Origin: Calonectris borealis
Lineage: Eukaryota
Direction of reading: 5' to 3'
DNA length: 64,000 nucleotides
NCBI RefSeq assembly: GCF_964195595.1
Contig: NC_134312.1
Coordinates: forward strand, 201,281,140-201,345,139
Positions 61,097 through 64,000 of the stretch are shown one piece after another; position 1 is the first letter of the stretch; each line of letters opens with the position of its first letter. The translations under genes were made by a program, and so were the position numbers. The notes under the pieces are model-generated. The model was given only the letters and a program-made list of their open reading frames with translations, was not told the DNA's origin and ran no database searches.

Positions 61097-64000
61097 CTGG
61101 GGAAAGATTTGCCAATGAACATGAAGTTGCTTGTATGATTGGAAGACGAGATGGGCTATACTCATTTGCCATTTTGACAAAGAGGCACTTGATGTGGGTG
61201 ACTGATGATCTGTCAGCAGCTCTGAACTGCTCTATAGCTGCAAACAGGCCCAAAATACTTAGCTCACCTGAATTACACTGAGAACATTTACATTGCAGTA
61301 TTTCTGAAACATGGATTCTAAATTTTTTTGTTTGTTAAATACATGCAATTTATTTGCACAGACACAAATAAAAACCAAACGAAAAGATAGTACATGAAGG
61401 AAAAGCAAAATAAAGTTACTAATACAGAGGAAAGAAAACATGCAAGATTGAAGAATGGGAATACTGCAGCCTAGAAAAACGGAAAACATTGAGGAGTATC
61501 ATTTGGGGAAAAACCAACAAAAATGAAAAAAGGTAGTAAGCCCCCTGTGTTATGCTGATGCAAGAAAAGACAATAAAATACTTGCATATGAATCGACACA
61601 CAGAAGCAAATGTACATACAGAAATGTTAGAGTGCTGGTATTTTGCTAAAAGCAAAATGAGAACATTGTCAGCTGGGGATGCCCCAGAAAGGATGGTGCT
61701 GTGTAAGTCTGTCACTATCAGGCAACAAGTTCACCTTGCCAAAAGGCAACTTAACTAACGTGCAAACATCTCCAATTTCTAAAAGGTTCCTCACTAGTGT
61801 TAAGGAGAACAAACACAAACTAGAGAGAAATTAAAACTCAGAGTTCAAAAACCTGAAATAGTTCTGCTTCTGACCAAACACTGGTGTAAGTGAAAGGAAG
61901 TGTTGCCCACAATCTGGGAGAGACCTGTTAGTCACTCACATAATCATTATGGGGTTTATTAAAGATGTTTGTTGTCACCTTCATCTCTAAAACAACTTTC
62001 CAATTAATGTATCTGAACATCTCAGATCAATTATGTCTCCTTCCTAGGAGCAAAAGGGAAGAAAACTCTCCTCCTATTATGACTTGGATGTTAACTGTGT
62101 TAGGAATGCTTCCCCATGACAACTATTCCCACTCCATTTTCAGTAGATGCAAGGAGACATAACAGGTTAAAATGTGATGGAATTACATCGCTCCCTCTCT
62201 ACTCTGTGGTTTTCATTATGATCAATGACGCAGTAATAAAAATCTTTCCAAAACTCAAGAGACATGTATAAACTTATTCAGTGATGTAAGAAATGATACT
62301 GCCAAAGATCTAGTTATCACCAGCCACAAAATAAAGGAGCAGTTAGACTAGGATCTCAATAAATGTGGGTTTTCACATGAGCTCATTCTGAACAACTTTC
62401 TCCAAAAAAAAGAAAATATTCTGTCAACAGAAAAGATGACTACCATCAAAATACTAGTTACAACCTCAACTCAAGATACTTCGAAGACAACCTCAGGCTA
62501 TTTCCTTTAATATTTTGTCAACAGTAATATATTGACGTTTAAGACAACATGACATGACTTTATTTCAAATAGACTTTTCAAAAAATGTTCAGAAAAGAAA
62601 ACCATTTGCAAACTTTAATGGGCACTGTAACAAAACTACCTAAGAAGTCAAGAAAGACATTTGCAAGTTACGATTCTTTCAAGGTAACTGTATAGGACAA
62701 TCTCCATAGAAGAAAACAGCACTGGCACAGGATGTATCACTCATTTCCGTTTTATTCTGTCATTTTAAAATATCCACAACATTAGTTCACCTGGCCTAAA
62801 ACTTCACAAACCTCATTCAGACGGATCAGGCTAGAAAACTTAATAGAATGTTTCAAGTGAGATCCGTTTGTCCAACAACCTTGTTGCCCTGACTGACTAC
62901 TTTAAGGACATGTTGCATGAGCCTTGCAGGTGTCTCAAATTTAAAAAGAAATAAAAAAGCCCCAAACCCAAATATTGTGAAGCCTCATGTGTTTTTTAAA
63001 AGAGCTAAATTCAAAATCCATGGTTTCACAGCCAGCTGAATACACTAGCCCTCCTCAGCTATGATCTGGTTGGGTTTGAGCTGCATTAATTTTGTCAAGT
63101 TATTTTATTAACACTGTAGCTGCACATCAATTCTATGATAAGACAGAATAATAGCATGTAACTATTAAGGCTGCAAGTTTCTGTGTTTTAAGAAGTGCAG
63201 TATTAACTATGCATATACAAAAATAACGAGTGAGAATATAAGGAAATTCCATATTAACACACCATGTCTGCCGATGGAGCTAGAGCTGGTTTATTTGAAG
63301 AAATTGCGTGCTGAACATTTTTCTCTTCAGTATTGTGACTTAAGGGCCTGAAAAACAAAATGTTAAGGAAAAAACCTACACATTTTAAATAAAATATCAA
63401 ACTTCCCACAAATACTTTAGAGACAATTTGAGTATTTCAAAATCTGTCATTAAATACATACACACACCTATTTTTAAAACAGCAGAATTCACGCTGTGAT
63501 ATACTACAGATACCTCATTTTCCAAAAAGTTTCCTTTCTACTAGCATCATCTTAAAATTAATCTTCAGTAACTATTTTTCATCTGACAATTTTGGCAAGG
63601 CTGAACAAAACCTTAGTAGATGGTAGTGATTTTATCCTCAGAGAGAGTAAAATGCATGACAATTAACATTCCAGGATTTGGTTTTCATTTATTGTCCAAA
63701 TATTTTCCTTTAGATATCCCATCAGATATTGATTAGGCTGTTAAAATCTTTAGAACACATGACTCATTATACTAAAACCATCTACTGACCACCTGTTAGG
63801 AAGGCTCTTAAAACTCTGTTGTATGGTCACCCATGCTTGCTCTTCTCCAAAGTACACATGGATCTAAACAGCTGTCAAGACTCTCACAAAAGCAGTATGC
63901 ATTATCAGCCTAACTACAGGAAGGAAGCACTGTGTTGCTCTTCCTGTGCTCAATTTGTTGTTTCTGATGGACTGTGAGAGGACTTGGAGAACACTGCTGC

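Noticed and set aside
1-64000. The hypothesis that the window contains a prokaryotic or phage defence or other novel 'system'
   Set aside because: The sequence is unmistakably vertebrate: AT-rich introns with GT-AG boundaries, multi-exon genes whose exons match CENPJ and RNF17, CR1 LINE fragments, microsatellites, and polyadenylation signals. There are no operon-like ORF arrays, ribosome-binding sites, CRISPR repeats or tRNA/rRNA genes.

Overview
This window is vertebrate nuclear DNA, not a prokaryotic locus. It is AT-rich and intron-dominated, and it carries several CR1 (chicken repeat 1) LINE fragments, so it is avian (galliform-like). It holds two convergently transcribed genes.

(1) Plus strand, positions 1 to about 15100: the 3' two-thirds of CENPJ (CPAP), as at least 15 exons. 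These include the characteristic 1.6 kb central exon (4521-6162) and the C-terminal G-box/TCP10 domain encoded by the last four exons. The stop codon is at 14668-14670.

(2) Minus strand, about 17090 to beyond the 64000 end: most of RNF17 (TDRD4). I place 28 exons that encode its Tudor domains and N-terminal coiled-coil region. The stop codon is at 17271-17273. Its 5'-most exons lie outside the window, or in stretches I did not resolve by eye (19.4-20.7 kb, 22.8-27.4 kb, 37.0-43.6 kb, 50.1-54.0 kb, 54.3-59.2 kb, 61.1-64 kb).

The two genes end tail-to-tail, about 2.3 kb apart. The same CENPJ|RNF17 arrangement is recalled for human 13q12. The rest of the window is CR1 fragments (one retaining a 178-aa ORF2 reverse-transcriptase tail remnant), two diverged copies of an LTR-like repeat, and microsatellites. 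There are no rRNA or tRNA genes, no CRISPR array, and no operons.

The points most worth a second look are: a 1-nt frameshift inside an otherwise well-conserved RNF17 exon; a splice-phase conflict that implies a missed exon or a misplaced splice junction; (GT)n microsatellites sitting 11-20 nt from splice donors; and two GC-rich patches inside RNF17 introns.

All exon boundaries were set by eye from splice consensus, reading-phase continuity and recalled similarity to human CENPJ and RNF17. They should be confirmed by alignment.
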